A stretch of DNA of 64,000 nt, taken from Halococcoides cellulosivorans (GTDB taxonomy: Archaea; Halobacteriota; Halobacteria; Halobacteriales; Haloarculaceae). This document shows positions 11,416-20,262 of this stretch, piece after piece. Position 1 is the stretch's first letter, and each line of letters begins with the position of its first letter. The stretch is taken from contig NZ_CP028858.1 in assembly GCF_003058365.1 (NCBI RefSeq), forward strand, positions 1,846,836-1,910,835, written 5' to 3'. Made by a program: the position numbers and the translations under genes. The notes below the pieces were generated by a model, which worked only from the letters and a program-made list of their open reading frames with translations, made no database searches and was not told the DNA's origin.

Positions 11416-13079
11416 CCGAACAAGGCACGGCCAAGCCGTCGGACGAACTCCGGCGTCACGCCGCGCGCCGCCCGCACCTCAGCGAGCACCTCAAGAAGTT
11501 CAAGCAGATCACCGGCGAGTTCCCGATGTTCGTCGACGAGATCGGCGGCGATTACGAGACCGACCGGCCGAACGTCATCTACCCGGTCGGTGGCCCGATC
11601 TACACGCACATCTACGGCGACATCGGCCAGGACATCAAATACTACGCCATCGAACCGGAACTCGACGACGACGAGCGCGTCGTCTTCGATCAGGTCCGGG
11701 ACCGCCTGCTCGAAAAGAGCGTTCACGGGGCCGCCCCCGAGGCCGACGACGAGTACGACGACCGTATCGAGGAGCTCCTGGGAGAGACGACACGGATCCG
11801 TGACGACGAGACGGGCGTGCTTTCGCGACTCTCGAAGCTGCGTGACGTCGGCAAGGTCGACCTCGACGAATCGACCTACGAGAACATCCGGTATCGCTTG
11901 AACCGCGACATCGTCGGGCTGGGCCCGCTCGAACCGGTGATGCGCGATACGGCGAACGAGGACATTCACGTCATCGGGCCCCACGAGTGTTACGTCGACC
12001 ACGAAGTGTACAGCCTGATCGAGACGACCGTCGACTTCGGAGAACCCGACGAGTTCGAACAGTGGCTGCGAAACATGGGCGAGCGGATCGGTGACCCCGT
12101 CTCGGACAACGACCCGATCATCGACTCGACACTGCCCGACGGGTCGCGTATCAACATCATCTATTCGGACGACGTTTCGGTCAAAGGCCCCTCGCTGACC
12201 ATCCGGCAGGGCCAGGAAGAGCCGCTGAGCACGTTCCAGATCGCGAAGTGGGGGACGCTCAGCCCCGAACTCGCGGCGTACCTCTGGCTCGCTTTAGAGA
12301 ACGAACAGACGATCTTCGTCGTCGGGGAGACGGCGTCCGGGAAGACGACGACGCTGAACGCGATCACGTCGTTCATCCCCCGCGACTCGAAGATCTACAC
12401 CGCCGAGGACACCGCCGAGGTCATGCCGCCACACAACACCTGGCAGCAACTCATGACCCGGGAGGGCGACGACGAGTCCAGTAGCGTCGACATGTTCGAT
12501 CTGGTCGCGGCCGCACTCCGGTCGCGGCCCGATTACATCATCGTCGGTGAGGTTCGTGGGGAGGAGGGGCGGATGGCGTTCCAGGCCGCCCAGACCGGCC
12601 ACCCGGTCATGCTGACCTTCCACGCGTCTGACATCGTCTCGATGATTCAGCGGTTCACCGGCGACCCGATCAACGTCCCCGAGACGTTCATGGACAACGC
12701 CGACATCGCGCTGTTCCAGAACCGGGTCAAACAGGGCGACGACGTGCTCCGCCGGGTCACGTCGGTCCAGGAGATCGAGGGCTACTCCAAGGAGATGGAC
12801 GGTGTCGTCACCCGACAGGCCTTCTACTGGGATCCCGTCGAAGACGAGATCGTCTTCCAGGGGATGAACAACTCCTACGTGCTCGAAGAGCAGATCGCGA
12901 CGCTGCTGGGCTACGAAGACACCCGCGACATCTACGACGATTTGCAGTTCCGCGCGAAGTTGATCGAGCGCGCGATCCAGGAGAACATCCTCGGCTACCA
13001 CGAGGTCAACGAGTTCATCGAGAACTACCAGCGTGACGGCCTCGAAGGGGTTCCGTTCGACATCCACCGGGAGCAATAA
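11412..13079 (+). CDS. flaI: Archaellum assembly ATPase FlaI (ArlI), type II/IV secretion ATPase family
   Basis: VVGETASGKTTTLNAITSFIP Walker A, and an Asp box plus His box typical of VirB11/PilT-like ATPases. Confidence 0.95.
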   Translation: MTEQGTAKPSDELRRHAARRPHLSEHLKKFKQITGEFPMFVDEIGGDYETDRPNVIYPVGGPIYTHIYGDIGQDIKYYAIEPELDDDERVVFDQVRDRLLEKSVHGAAPEADDEYDDRIEELLGETTRIRDDETGVLSRLSKLRDVGKVDLDESTYENIRYRLNRDIVGLGPLEPVMRDTANEDIHVIGPHECYVDHEVYSLIETTVDFGEPDEFEQWLRNMGERIGDPVSDNDPIIDSTLPDGSRINIIYSDDVSVKGPSLTIRQGQEEPLSTFQIAKWGTLSPELAAYLWLALENEQTIFVVGETASGKTTTLNAITSFIPRDSKIYTAEDTAEVMPPHNTWQQLMTREGDDESSSVDMFDLVAAALRSRPDYIIVGEVRGEEGRMAFQAAQTGHPVMLTFHASDIVSMIQRFTGDPINVPETFMDNADIALFQNRVKQGDDVLRRVTSVQEIEGYSKEMDGVVTRQAFYWDPVEDEIVFQGMNNSYVLEEQIATLLGYEDTRDIYDDLQFRAKLIERAIQENILGYHEVNEFIENYQRDGLEGVPFDIHREQ

Positions 13080-14818
13080 TGGCGACCCAGGAGGCCACCG
13101 TCGATTCGTCGCTGTCGGAGTTGTTCGCCTCCCTCGTCGACTCGTATCGCCGGTTGCCGATGCCGCTCGGGGTGTATCTCACCCGGTATCTCGTCCCGGC
13201 GGGCGTCTTTTTCGTCGTCACACTGATCGCCCCGTTCGTCCTCCCGCTGCCGCTCGGGATCGCCCTGCCGATCCCGCTGCTCGGCCTGTTGATCTTCGGG
13301 TCGGTCGTGTTCTATCCGAAGATCCTGATCTCTCAGCGACGCCGCGCACTCAACAATCGCTTTCATCTGATGGTCACACACATGACCGTGCTCTCGACGA
13401 CGAACATCGACCGGATGGAGGTGTTTCGCGCGCTCTCGAAAGAAGAGGAGTACGGCGCGCTGGCCGAGGAACTCCGCCGGATCGTCGAACTCGTCGACAC
13501 CTGGAATCTCAGTCTCGACGACGCGTGTCGCCGCCGCGCCAAGGAAGTCCCCAGCGATCACCTCAGTGATTTCTTCGATCGGCTCTCCTACACGTTGGGG
13601 GCCGGCCAGTCGCTGGAAGACTATCTCGTCAGCGAGCAGGACATGATGATCGAGAACTACAAGACCGTCTATCGGGGGACGCTGGGGAACCTGAACGTCA
13701 TGCAGGACCTGTATCTGTCGATGATCCTCTCGATGACGTTCGCGCTCGTCTTTGCGATCGTCCTGCCGATCCTCACCGGGACGAACCCCACGATGACCGT
13801 CGCCGCGGTCATCTTGATGTTCATCCTCGTGCAGTCGGGGTTCTATCTGGCCGTCCGGTCGATCGCTCCGTACGACCCGGTCTGGTTTCACCCCACCAGC
13901 GTCGAGGGGCCCATCCAGCAGCGACTCGATCGCGCGTTCAAGATCGGTGTCGGCCTGTCGGCGCTGTTGGTCCTGATCGCGTTCGGCGGCACGCTCGGCG
14001 TCACGCCCGGATTCGAGGCGTTGCTCCCCTGGGTCGACGAGTTGCCGCTCCCGCTCTATGTCGCCATCCCGATGACGCCCATGCTGTACCCGGGAATCGT
14101 CGCCCGCCAGGCCGAACAGAAGATCAAAGGCCGCGACGACGAGTTCCCGAGTTTCATCCGCGCGCTGGGTGCGACCGAAGGCGCCAAGCAGTCGACGACC
14201 GGGGCCGTGCTGGCCAGTCTGCGCAACAAGGACTTCGGCCCGCTGACCGAGAACGTCGACAACCTCTATCGTCGGCTCAACATGCGTCTCGAACCCGCGA
14301 AGGCCTGGCATCACTTCGCCGCCGGCACGGGATCGTACCTCATCCAGAAGTTCTCCGAGATGTATCTCGTCGGCCGGAAGATGGGTGGGTCTCCGAAGAT
14401 GCTCGGTGAGTTGATCAGCGCCAACATGAACGAGATCCTCCAGCTCCGCCAGGAGCGCACCCAGGAGACGACGACGCTCATCGGGATGTTGTACGGGATC
14501 ACCGCCGCGTCGGTCTTTGCCTTCTTCATCGGCCTTGAGATCGTCACGATCCTCTCGGGGATGAGCCTGGATCTGGCCTCGTCGGCGGAGTTCGACGTGA
14601 ACTCGCTGATCAACGCGAGTGTCTACAACATCCCGCTGATCGAGGCACTGCTGATCGTCGTCATCGTGTTCAACGCGATCCTTTCGGCGCTGATGATCCG
14701 GACGCTCGACGGCGGGCACAAGATGAACACCTACATGCACATCGTCGCGCTCACCTGGATCGGCGCGATCACCGGCGTATTCACGCGGTGGATGGTCGGC
14801 CAGTTCCTCGCGATCTGA
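13079..14818 (+). CDS. flaJ: Archaellum membrane platform protein FlaJ (ArlJ)
   Basis: Polytopic membrane protein with TadB/C-like repeats. Its ATG overlaps the flaI stop (TAATGG). Confidence 0.9.
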   Translation: MATQEATVDSSLSELFASLVDSYRRLPMPLGVYLTRYLVPAGVFFVVTLIAPFVLPLPLGIALPIPLLGLLIFGSVVFYPKILISQRRRALNNRFHLMVTHMTVLSTTNIDRMEVFRALSKEEEYGALAEELRRIVELVDTWNLSLDDACRRRAKEVPSDHLSDFFDRLSYTLGAGQSLEDYLVSEQDMMIENYKTVYRGTLGNLNVMQDLYLSMILSMTFALVFAIVLPILTGTNPTMTVAAVILMFILVQSGFYLAVRSIAPYDPVWFHPTSVEGPIQQRLDRAFKIGVGLSALLVLIAFGGTLGVTPGFEALLPWVDELPLPLYVAIPMTPMLYPGIVARQAEQKIKGRDDEFPSFIRALGATEGAKQSTTGAVLASLRNKDFGPLTENVDNLYRRLNMRLEPAKAWHHFAAGTGSYLIQKFSEMYLVGRKMGGSPKMLGELISANMNEILQLRQERTQETTTLIGMLYGITAASVFAFFIGLEIVTILSGMSLDLASSAEFDVNSLINASVYNIPLIEALLIVVIVFNAILSALMIRTLDGGHKMNTYMHIVALTWIGAITGVFTRWMVGQFLAI

Positions 14819-14876
14819 GCGGAGTCCGTTTTAATCGCCCCCGACACCGTCGCTCATTCGCTCACGACACCGCCCA

Positions 14877-15650
14877 TCATTCACCCTCGAAGCCTGGCGT
14901 CTCGTCGTTCAGAAACGCCTCGACACCCCGGCGGGCGTCGTCACTTGCGGCGAGCGTCCCGAACGCCTCGGCCTCGACCGCGAGGCCGGCCTCGAAATCG
15001 TCCCGACCGGCACGCATCGCGCGTTTGGCGGCGGCCTGGGCCAGCGGCGGGCCCGCCGCGATCCGATCGGCCAGGTCTGAGAGCGCCGCATCCAGATCCT
15101 CGACCACGTCACTCAGAAAGCCCATCTCGGCCATCTCGTCGGCGGCGTACTGATCGCCCGTGAGGACGATCTCGCGGGCGCGGCCCTCACCGACGATGCG
15201 CTGAAGCCGCTGGGTGCCACCCCAGCACGGAATGACACCGAGGTCGATCTCCGGTTGGCCGAACCGGGCGTCGGGCGTCGCGATCCGTAGGTCCGCCGCG
15301 GCGGCGAGTTCCATCCCGCCGCCGAGTGAGACCCCGTCGATCCCCGCGATCACCGGCGTCGGGCAGGCCTCCAGGCGATCGAACGTCTCCTGGCCGCGTC
15401 GAGCGCCCGCCCGTGCGCCCGCCGCGTCGGGGTCGAGGATCAATTCCTCGACGTCCGCGCCGGCACAGAACGCCCGATCACCGGCCCCCGTGATCGTGAT
15501 CGCGCGCACCGCCTCGTCGGCCCCCAGCCGATCGATCGCGGCGGCGAGATCCTCGAGCATCGCGGCGTTCAGCGCGTTCAGTCGGTCGGGTCGATCGAGT
15601 GTGATCGCGCCGATGCGATCCTCGCGGTCGACGGTGATGGCTTCGGACAT
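14877..15650 (-). CDS. Enoyl-CoA hydratase/isomerase (crotonase family)
   Basis: ITLDRPDRLNALN...AITITGAGDRAFCAGADV oxyanion-hole motifs. Confidence 0.9.
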   Translation of the reverse strand: MSEAITVDREDRIGAITLDRPDRLNALNAAMLEDLAAAIDRLGADEAVRAITITGAGDRAFCAGADVEELILDPDAAGARAGARRGQETFDRLEACPTPVIAGIDGVSLGGGMELAAAADLRIATPDARFGQPEIDLGVIPCWGGTQRLQRIVGEGRAREIVLTGDQYAADEMAEMGFLSDVVEDLDAALSDLADRIAAGPPLAQAAAKRAMRAGRDDFEAGLAVEAEAFGTLAASDDARRGVEAFLNDETPGFEGE

Positions 15651-15728
15651 GACTCTGGGGAGCGCGGCGACGCTCTTGGGCGTTCCGCCCGGACAGTCGC
15701 GAAGACACCTCGCGGCCCAACGACCGTC

Positions 15729-16568
15729 TCAGACCCCAAGGACGAACAGGATCAGGTTGTTGACGGCGGGGCCGAGACCGAGCGCGATCACGACGACGTA
15801 GAGGAGGTTCGCCCGGACGGGTTCGTCGTCCAGAAAGTCCGAGAGATACACCGCGATCACGACCGCGACGGCGATTTTGACGACGACGAACGCCCAGCCA
15901 GCGCCGATGTACTGCTCGGTCGGGAGCGCCGCGGCGCTGTCCATGATGAGTCGAGGGATCGGCGACCGTTCGGTGACCTGGAGGAGGTCGTAGCCGACGG
16001 CGGTCGTCGTCCCGTCGAGCGCGTGCGCGAAGATCACCAGCGGCGTCACCAGCCAGGCCCGACTCACGGCCTCGGTCGCGCGCAGCGCCGTCGCCAGCCA
16101 GACCACCGCCGAGAGGGCGATCGCTGCGGCGACCGCGATGGCCGGCTCGATCGGAGCGAGACCGCTCGGCTGCGCCCAGTAGAGGGTCGCGACCAGCAGC
16201 GTCACCGCGACGCCGACGCCGACATAGAGGAGATACATCGGCGTCGAGTCCTCGGTGCCCGCCGCCGTCGCGAGGAAGATCAACCCGATCCAGGTCGCCC
16301 CCGTGACGACGAAGACCGTGAGATAGACCGCCGGCGCGGCGAACAGGTCCGCGACCACCGGCGGGTATGGGCTCCCCTGGGGGAGTACGGTCAGGGCGTG
16401 TACAATTCCCCCGACGATCATCCAGGGGATCAACCCGAGGACGACCCACTGATCGATCCGGGGTTCGAGTGCGACCAGAAACGCGACCACGACCGCCGCC
16501 GCGACGAGCAGGGCGACCGCCAGCCACAGATCGGGGAACACCAACCCACTCGGGAGCACCAGGTACAT
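15729..16568 (-). CDS. Polytopic integral membrane protein (archaeal DUF-type; function unknown)
   Basis: About 8 hydrophobic helices; ATG at 16568 (MYLVLPS). The track start at 16583 is GTG. Confidence 0.6.
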   Translation of the reverse strand: MYLVLPSGLVFPDLWLAVALLVAAAVVVAFLVALEPRIDQWVVLGLIPWMIVGGIVHALTVLPQGSPYPPVVADLFAAPAVYLTVFVVTGATWIGLIFLATAAGTEDSTPMYLLYVGVGVAVTLLVATLYWAQPSGLAPIEPAIAVAAAIALSAVVWLATALRATEAVSRAWLVTPLVIFAHALDGTTTAVGYDLLQVTERSPIPRLIMDSAAALPTEQYIGAGWAFVVVKIAVAVVIAVYLSDFLDDEPVRANLLYVVVIALGLGPAVNNLILFVLGV

Positions 16569-16667
16569 GGTATGCAGTCCCACGGGCGCGTGAAGAAACC
16601 TTTTGGTTCACGACCGGGGCCGCCGGCGACGCGAGGTTTTTCGGCGTGGGCGCGAACGGTCAATCGA

Positions 16668-17918
16668 ATGGCCCGCTACTACGTCGAAACCTACGGCTGT
16701 ACGTCCAACCGGGGCGAGAGCCAGGCCATCGAGCGCGAGCTCCGCGAGGCGGGCCACCGGCCGGTCGAAAGCGTTGACGCCGCGGACGTCGCGATTCTCA
16801 ACACCTGTACGGTCGTCGAGACCACCGAAGACCGGATGCTCCGGCGCGCGCAGGCGCTGGACGACGCGACCAGCGAGTTGGTCGTGACTGGCTGTATGGC
16901 GCTCGCCCAGGGCGAGGCGTTCGACGAGTCCGGCATCACCGCCGAGATCCTCCACTGGGACGAGGTCGCCCAGCAGATTCGCAACGGCGAGTGCCCGACA
17001 CCGCCGACGGAGCCGACGCCACTCCAGAACGGCGTCGTGGGCATTCTCCCGATCGCGCGGGGCTGTCTCTCCGATTGTTCGTACTGTATCACCAAACACG
17101 CCACCGGGACGATCGACTCCCCGCCGATCGACGAGAACGTCGCGCGCGCGAAGCGCCTGCTCGACGCGGGGGCCCGCGAGATCCGCATCACGGGCCAGGA
17201 CACCGCGGTGTACGGCCGCGATCACGGCGAGTGGTGGCTCCCCGACCTCCTCGATCGGATCTGTGCCCTCGACGGCGAGTTTCGGGTGCGCGTCGGGATG
17301 GCGAATCCGAAAGGCGTCCACCCGATCGCAGACGAACTTGCGAGCGTGTTCGCCCGGAACGAGGAACTGTACAACTTCCTCCACGCGCCCATCCAGAGCG
17401 GCAGCGACGCCGTCCTGGAGGACATGCGCCGCCGCCACCGGAGCGGCGACGTCGCCGACATCGTCGACACCTTCGATCGCCACCTCGACGAGTGGACGTT
17501 CGCGACCGACGTGATCGCGGGCTTTCCGACCGAGACGCCCGCCGACCACCGCGAGACGGTCGCCGCCCTCCGCGAACACCGCCCCGAGAAGATCAACGTC
17601 ACGCGATTCTCCAAGCGGCCGAACACCGACGCCGCCGCGATGGACGGCCTGGGCGGCCAGACCAAAAAGGATCGCTCGAAGGAACTCACCGACGTGAAGA
17701 TGTCGATCGTCGGCGCGGCCCACGAGGCGATGGTCGGGACCGAGCGGGAGGTGCTGTTCGTCGAGGACGGCACCGACGAGTCGCTCGTCGGCTACGACCG
17801 GACCCACCGTCAGATCGCGGTCCCGTCAGCCCAGGAACTCGGGTACAGTGTCGGGGATCGCGCCCGCATCGAGGTGTACGATCACCAGCGCGTGTACGCG
17901 TTAGGCGACCCGGTCTGA
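16668..17918 (+). CDS. mtaB: tRNA methylthiotransferase, MiaB/MtaB (CDK5RAP1-like) radical-SAM family
   Basis: MARYYVETYGCTSNRGES...NTCTV (MTTase N-domain), radical-SAM CSYC (LSDCSYCITKHATG), and a TRAM-like C-terminus. The upstream part of the listed ORF is antisense junk. Confidence 0.85.
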   Translation: MARYYVETYGCTSNRGESQAIERELREAGHRPVESVDAADVAILNTCTVVETTEDRMLRRAQALDDATSELVVTGCMALAQGEAFDESGITAEILHWDEVAQQIRNGECPTPPTEPTPLQNGVVGILPIARGCLSDCSYCITKHATGTIDSPPIDENVARAKRLLDAGAREIRITGQDTAVYGRDHGEWWLPDLLDRICALDGEFRVRVGMANPKGVHPIADELASVFARNEELYNFLHAPIQSGSDAVLEDMRRRHRSGDVADIVDTFDRHLDEWTFATDVIAGFPTETPADHRETVAALREHRPEKINVTRFSKRPNTDAAAMDGLGGQTKKDRSKELTDVKMSIVGAAHEAMVGTEREVLFVEDGTDESLVGYDRTHRQIAVPSAQELGYSVGDRARIEVYDHQRVYALGDPV

Positions 17919-18099
17919 GCGTGCCCGGCAGTCCACCCAGGCGGCCCGAGCGGACGGCTCGACCCGCTTCAGGTCGGCTCTCGACGCGACCGACGGGCAT
18001 TTTCGCCTCTGTGCCAGCGCTCGCCGCCCGGTCTCGACCGGGGCCATCTCGTTCCGTGAGTGCGAGAGACATTTCCCCGCTGATTTCCTATGGACAGTC

Positions 18100-18903
18100 A
18101 TGAAACGAACTGCCATCGGAGTCGTCGCCGTCGCGGTCGTCGTCGCGCTCGCGAGTCCCGCCGTCGTCGGGGCCGCAGACGGCCCCGTGCTGAATGGAAC
18201 CATGTCGGGCGAAGACACCGTCGTCGTCGCGATCGAGACCGTCCCCGACGGCGGAATCTCGGGGTTCGACCTGACCGTCGAGGCGACCGGTGACGCTTCG
18301 TTCGAGTCGGCCGCCGCCGGGAGCGATTTCCTCGTCTCGAACGCCAAAGTGGCCGACGACGGCCGATCCGTGAGCGTGAAGGCAGCCGACTCCGCAGAGC
18401 AGATCTCGGGCGGCGAGACCGATCTGGAGTTGGCGACGATCCAGTTGTCCGGGACCGCCGACCGACCACCGGTCGACATCACCGACGTGGAAATCCAGGC
18501 CAACGACGGAACCGAGTACGACGTGACGATCCGCGTCGAAGGGGCCGACGACTCGTCGAGTGGCGGTGGGGCCGACCCGACGGCGACCGACACGGACGAC
18601 ACGCCGACTGCGACGTCGACGACCGCGGAGACGACGACAGAGTCGACGAGCACGGAGACGACCGCGGCCACCGACGAAACGACCGAGAGCGTCGATGCGG
18701 AGACGACCGCCGTCGAATCCACGACCGCGTCCGAGGACGACCCAGCCACGACCGAGGCGGACGCCGACGACGTCACCACGGCCGAGACCACCGACGGCGG
18801 TGGCGCACCGGCGACGACCGGGTCGGGCCCGGGCTTCGGCGTGGCGCTCGCACTCGCAGCGCTGGCGGCGATCGGCCTGTTCGCGCGCGTCAGGCCGTAC
18901 TGA
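18100..18903 (+). CDS. Secreted cell-surface protein with Sec signal peptide, beta-rich N-domain, Thr/Glu/Asp-rich linker and PGF-CTERM archaeosortase (ArtA) sorting signal
   Basis: MKRTAIGVVAVAVVVALASPAVVGA signal, a T/E/D low-complexity region, and terminal PGFGVALALAALAAIGLFARVRPY. Confidence 0.85.
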   Translation: MKRTAIGVVAVAVVVALASPAVVGAADGPVLNGTMSGEDTVVVAIETVPDGGISGFDLTVEATGDASFESAAAGSDFLVSNAKVADDGRSVSVKAADSAEQISGGETDLELATIQLSGTADRPPVDITDVEIQANDGTEYDVTIRVEGADDSSSGGGADPTATDTDDTPTATSTTAETTTESTSTETTAATDETTESVDAETTAVESTTASEDDPATTEADADDVTTAETTDGGGAPATTGSGPGFGVALALAALAAIGLFARVRPY

Positions 18904-20068
18904 CGATCGCAATCACGTCCCCTTCTTCCAGTACCGTCTCGTCGCTGATCTTTCGATCCTCGCGGGCGTCGATCGCGTGGAGATAGCCGTCACCGATGTC
19001 CGAGTGGACGGCGTAGGCCAGATCGACCGGCGTCGCGTCGTCGCTCAAGAGGTGCGCGTCCGGGAGCACTCGCCCGTCGCCGTCGGTCCAGTCGCTCGCG
19101 TTCTGGACTGGATAGACCGTGATCCGCTCGAGGACGTCGTAGACCGCGGTGTCGAGCGCGCGCTGGACGCCCGTCGAGCCGTACTCGTCGAGCAGCGCAG
19201 CGATCTCGTCGAGCGCGTCGCGTTGCTGGGCAGCGGGATCACCCAGAATGTCGAACGTTGCGTCGCCGGGGTCGTAGTCGATCAGGTCCGCCTCGGCCGC
19301 GCGCCGGAGCGCGCGCTCGCTCTCGGCGCTGGCGGGGACGACCCGCTCGGCCGCGTCGGCGAGCCGATCGAGCGTCTCGGGGTCGGCGGCGTCGGCTTTG
19401 TTCGCGACGACGACCATCGGTTTGGTGCGTGCGCGGATCTCCCGGGCGAGGTCGCGCCGATCGGCGTCGGTCCAGGCGATGGGGTCGGGGTCGTACTCCA
19501 TCCCGCGGAGGATGCGCGCGACGTCGGTCGCGGTCGCGCCGATGCCCGTACAGAACTCGGTGAGCGCGTCCTCGAAGTCGAAATCGGGCGATCGCGCCTG
19601 GCGCTCGATGCCCTCCCAGTTGTCTGCGACGACGCTCGCGAGCCAGCGATCGAGTTCCTCCGCGACGAAATCGACGTCGTCGACGGGGTCGTGACTGCCG
19701 GGTTCGACGGGTTCGCCCTCGCTATTTGTCGCGCCCGACGCGTCGACGACGTGCAAGATCACGTCGGCGTCGGTGAGTGCGTCGAGGAACTGATTGCCCA
19801 GGCCACGGCCCTCGTGTGCGCCGGGGACCAGCCCCGCGACGTCGAGCAGTTCGACCGGGACGTAGCGTGTGCCGTCCCGGCAGTTATCACTGTCACATCG
19901 CGCCGCGCGGTCGAGACAGGGGCAGTCGGTGCGGGCGTAGCTGACACCGCGGTTCGGGTCGATCGTCGTGAAGGGGTAGTTGCCCACGTCGACGTCGGCG
20001 CGAGTCGCGGCCTCGTAAAACGTCGACTTGCCGGCGTTGGGCTTGCCAGCGAGCGCGACGGTGATCAT
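18890..20068 (-). CDS. Obg/DRG/YchF-superfamily GTPase with Cys4 insertion and C-terminal TGS-like domain
   Basis: G1 ALAGKPNAGKST, G2 NYPFTT, G3 DVAG, G4 NKAD; CPC...C..C cluster; C-terminal EGDVIAIVS. Start set at ATG 20068 (MITVALAG). Its 3' end overlaps the PGF-CTERM gene by 14 bp. Confidence 0.8.
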   Translation of the reverse strand: MITVALAGKPNAGKSTFYEAATRADVDVGNYPFTTIDPNRGVSYARTDCPCLDRAARCDSDNCRDGTRYVPVELLDVAGLVPGAHEGRGLGNQFLDALTDADVILHVVDASGATNSEGEPVEPGSHDPVDDVDFVAEELDRWLASVVADNWEGIERQARSPDFDFEDALTEFCTGIGATATDVARILRGMEYDPDPIAWTDADRRDLAREIRARTKPMVVVANKADAADPETLDRLADAAERVVPASAESERALRRAAEADLIDYDPGDATFDILGDPAAQQRDALDEIAALLDEYGSTGVQRALDTAVYDVLERITVYPVQNASDWTDGDGRVLPDAHLLSDDATPVDLAYAVHSDIGDGYLHAIDAREDRKISDETVLEEGDVIAIVSTA

Positions 20069-20262
20069 GGTTCGGGGTCGGCGGCGGCGCGCAAGTCGGT
20101 TGCGGTCGATCGGCATGCGGGCCGGTCGAGGCCGTCCCGCTCGAACCACTTCCCGTCTCCTCCCCACCACACCCATCGAGACTCGACGGCCCGAAAGTGA
20201 TAAGAACGCCACTCGCCGTATCCCTGCCCGATGACTGCGGTTGTGCCAGCCGGTGAGTGCGT

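Noticed and set aside
13025-14740. 571-aa minus-strand ORF
   Set aside because: Antisense to flaJ; Arg/Asp/Glu-rich low-complexity translation.
15478-16611. 377-aa minus-strand Arg/Gly-rich ORF
   Set aside because: Alternative frame of the polytopic membrane protein gene (15729..16568); composition is implausible for a halophile protein.
16608-17807. 399-aa minus-strand ORF
   Set aside because: Antisense to the MtaB-like radical-SAM gene.
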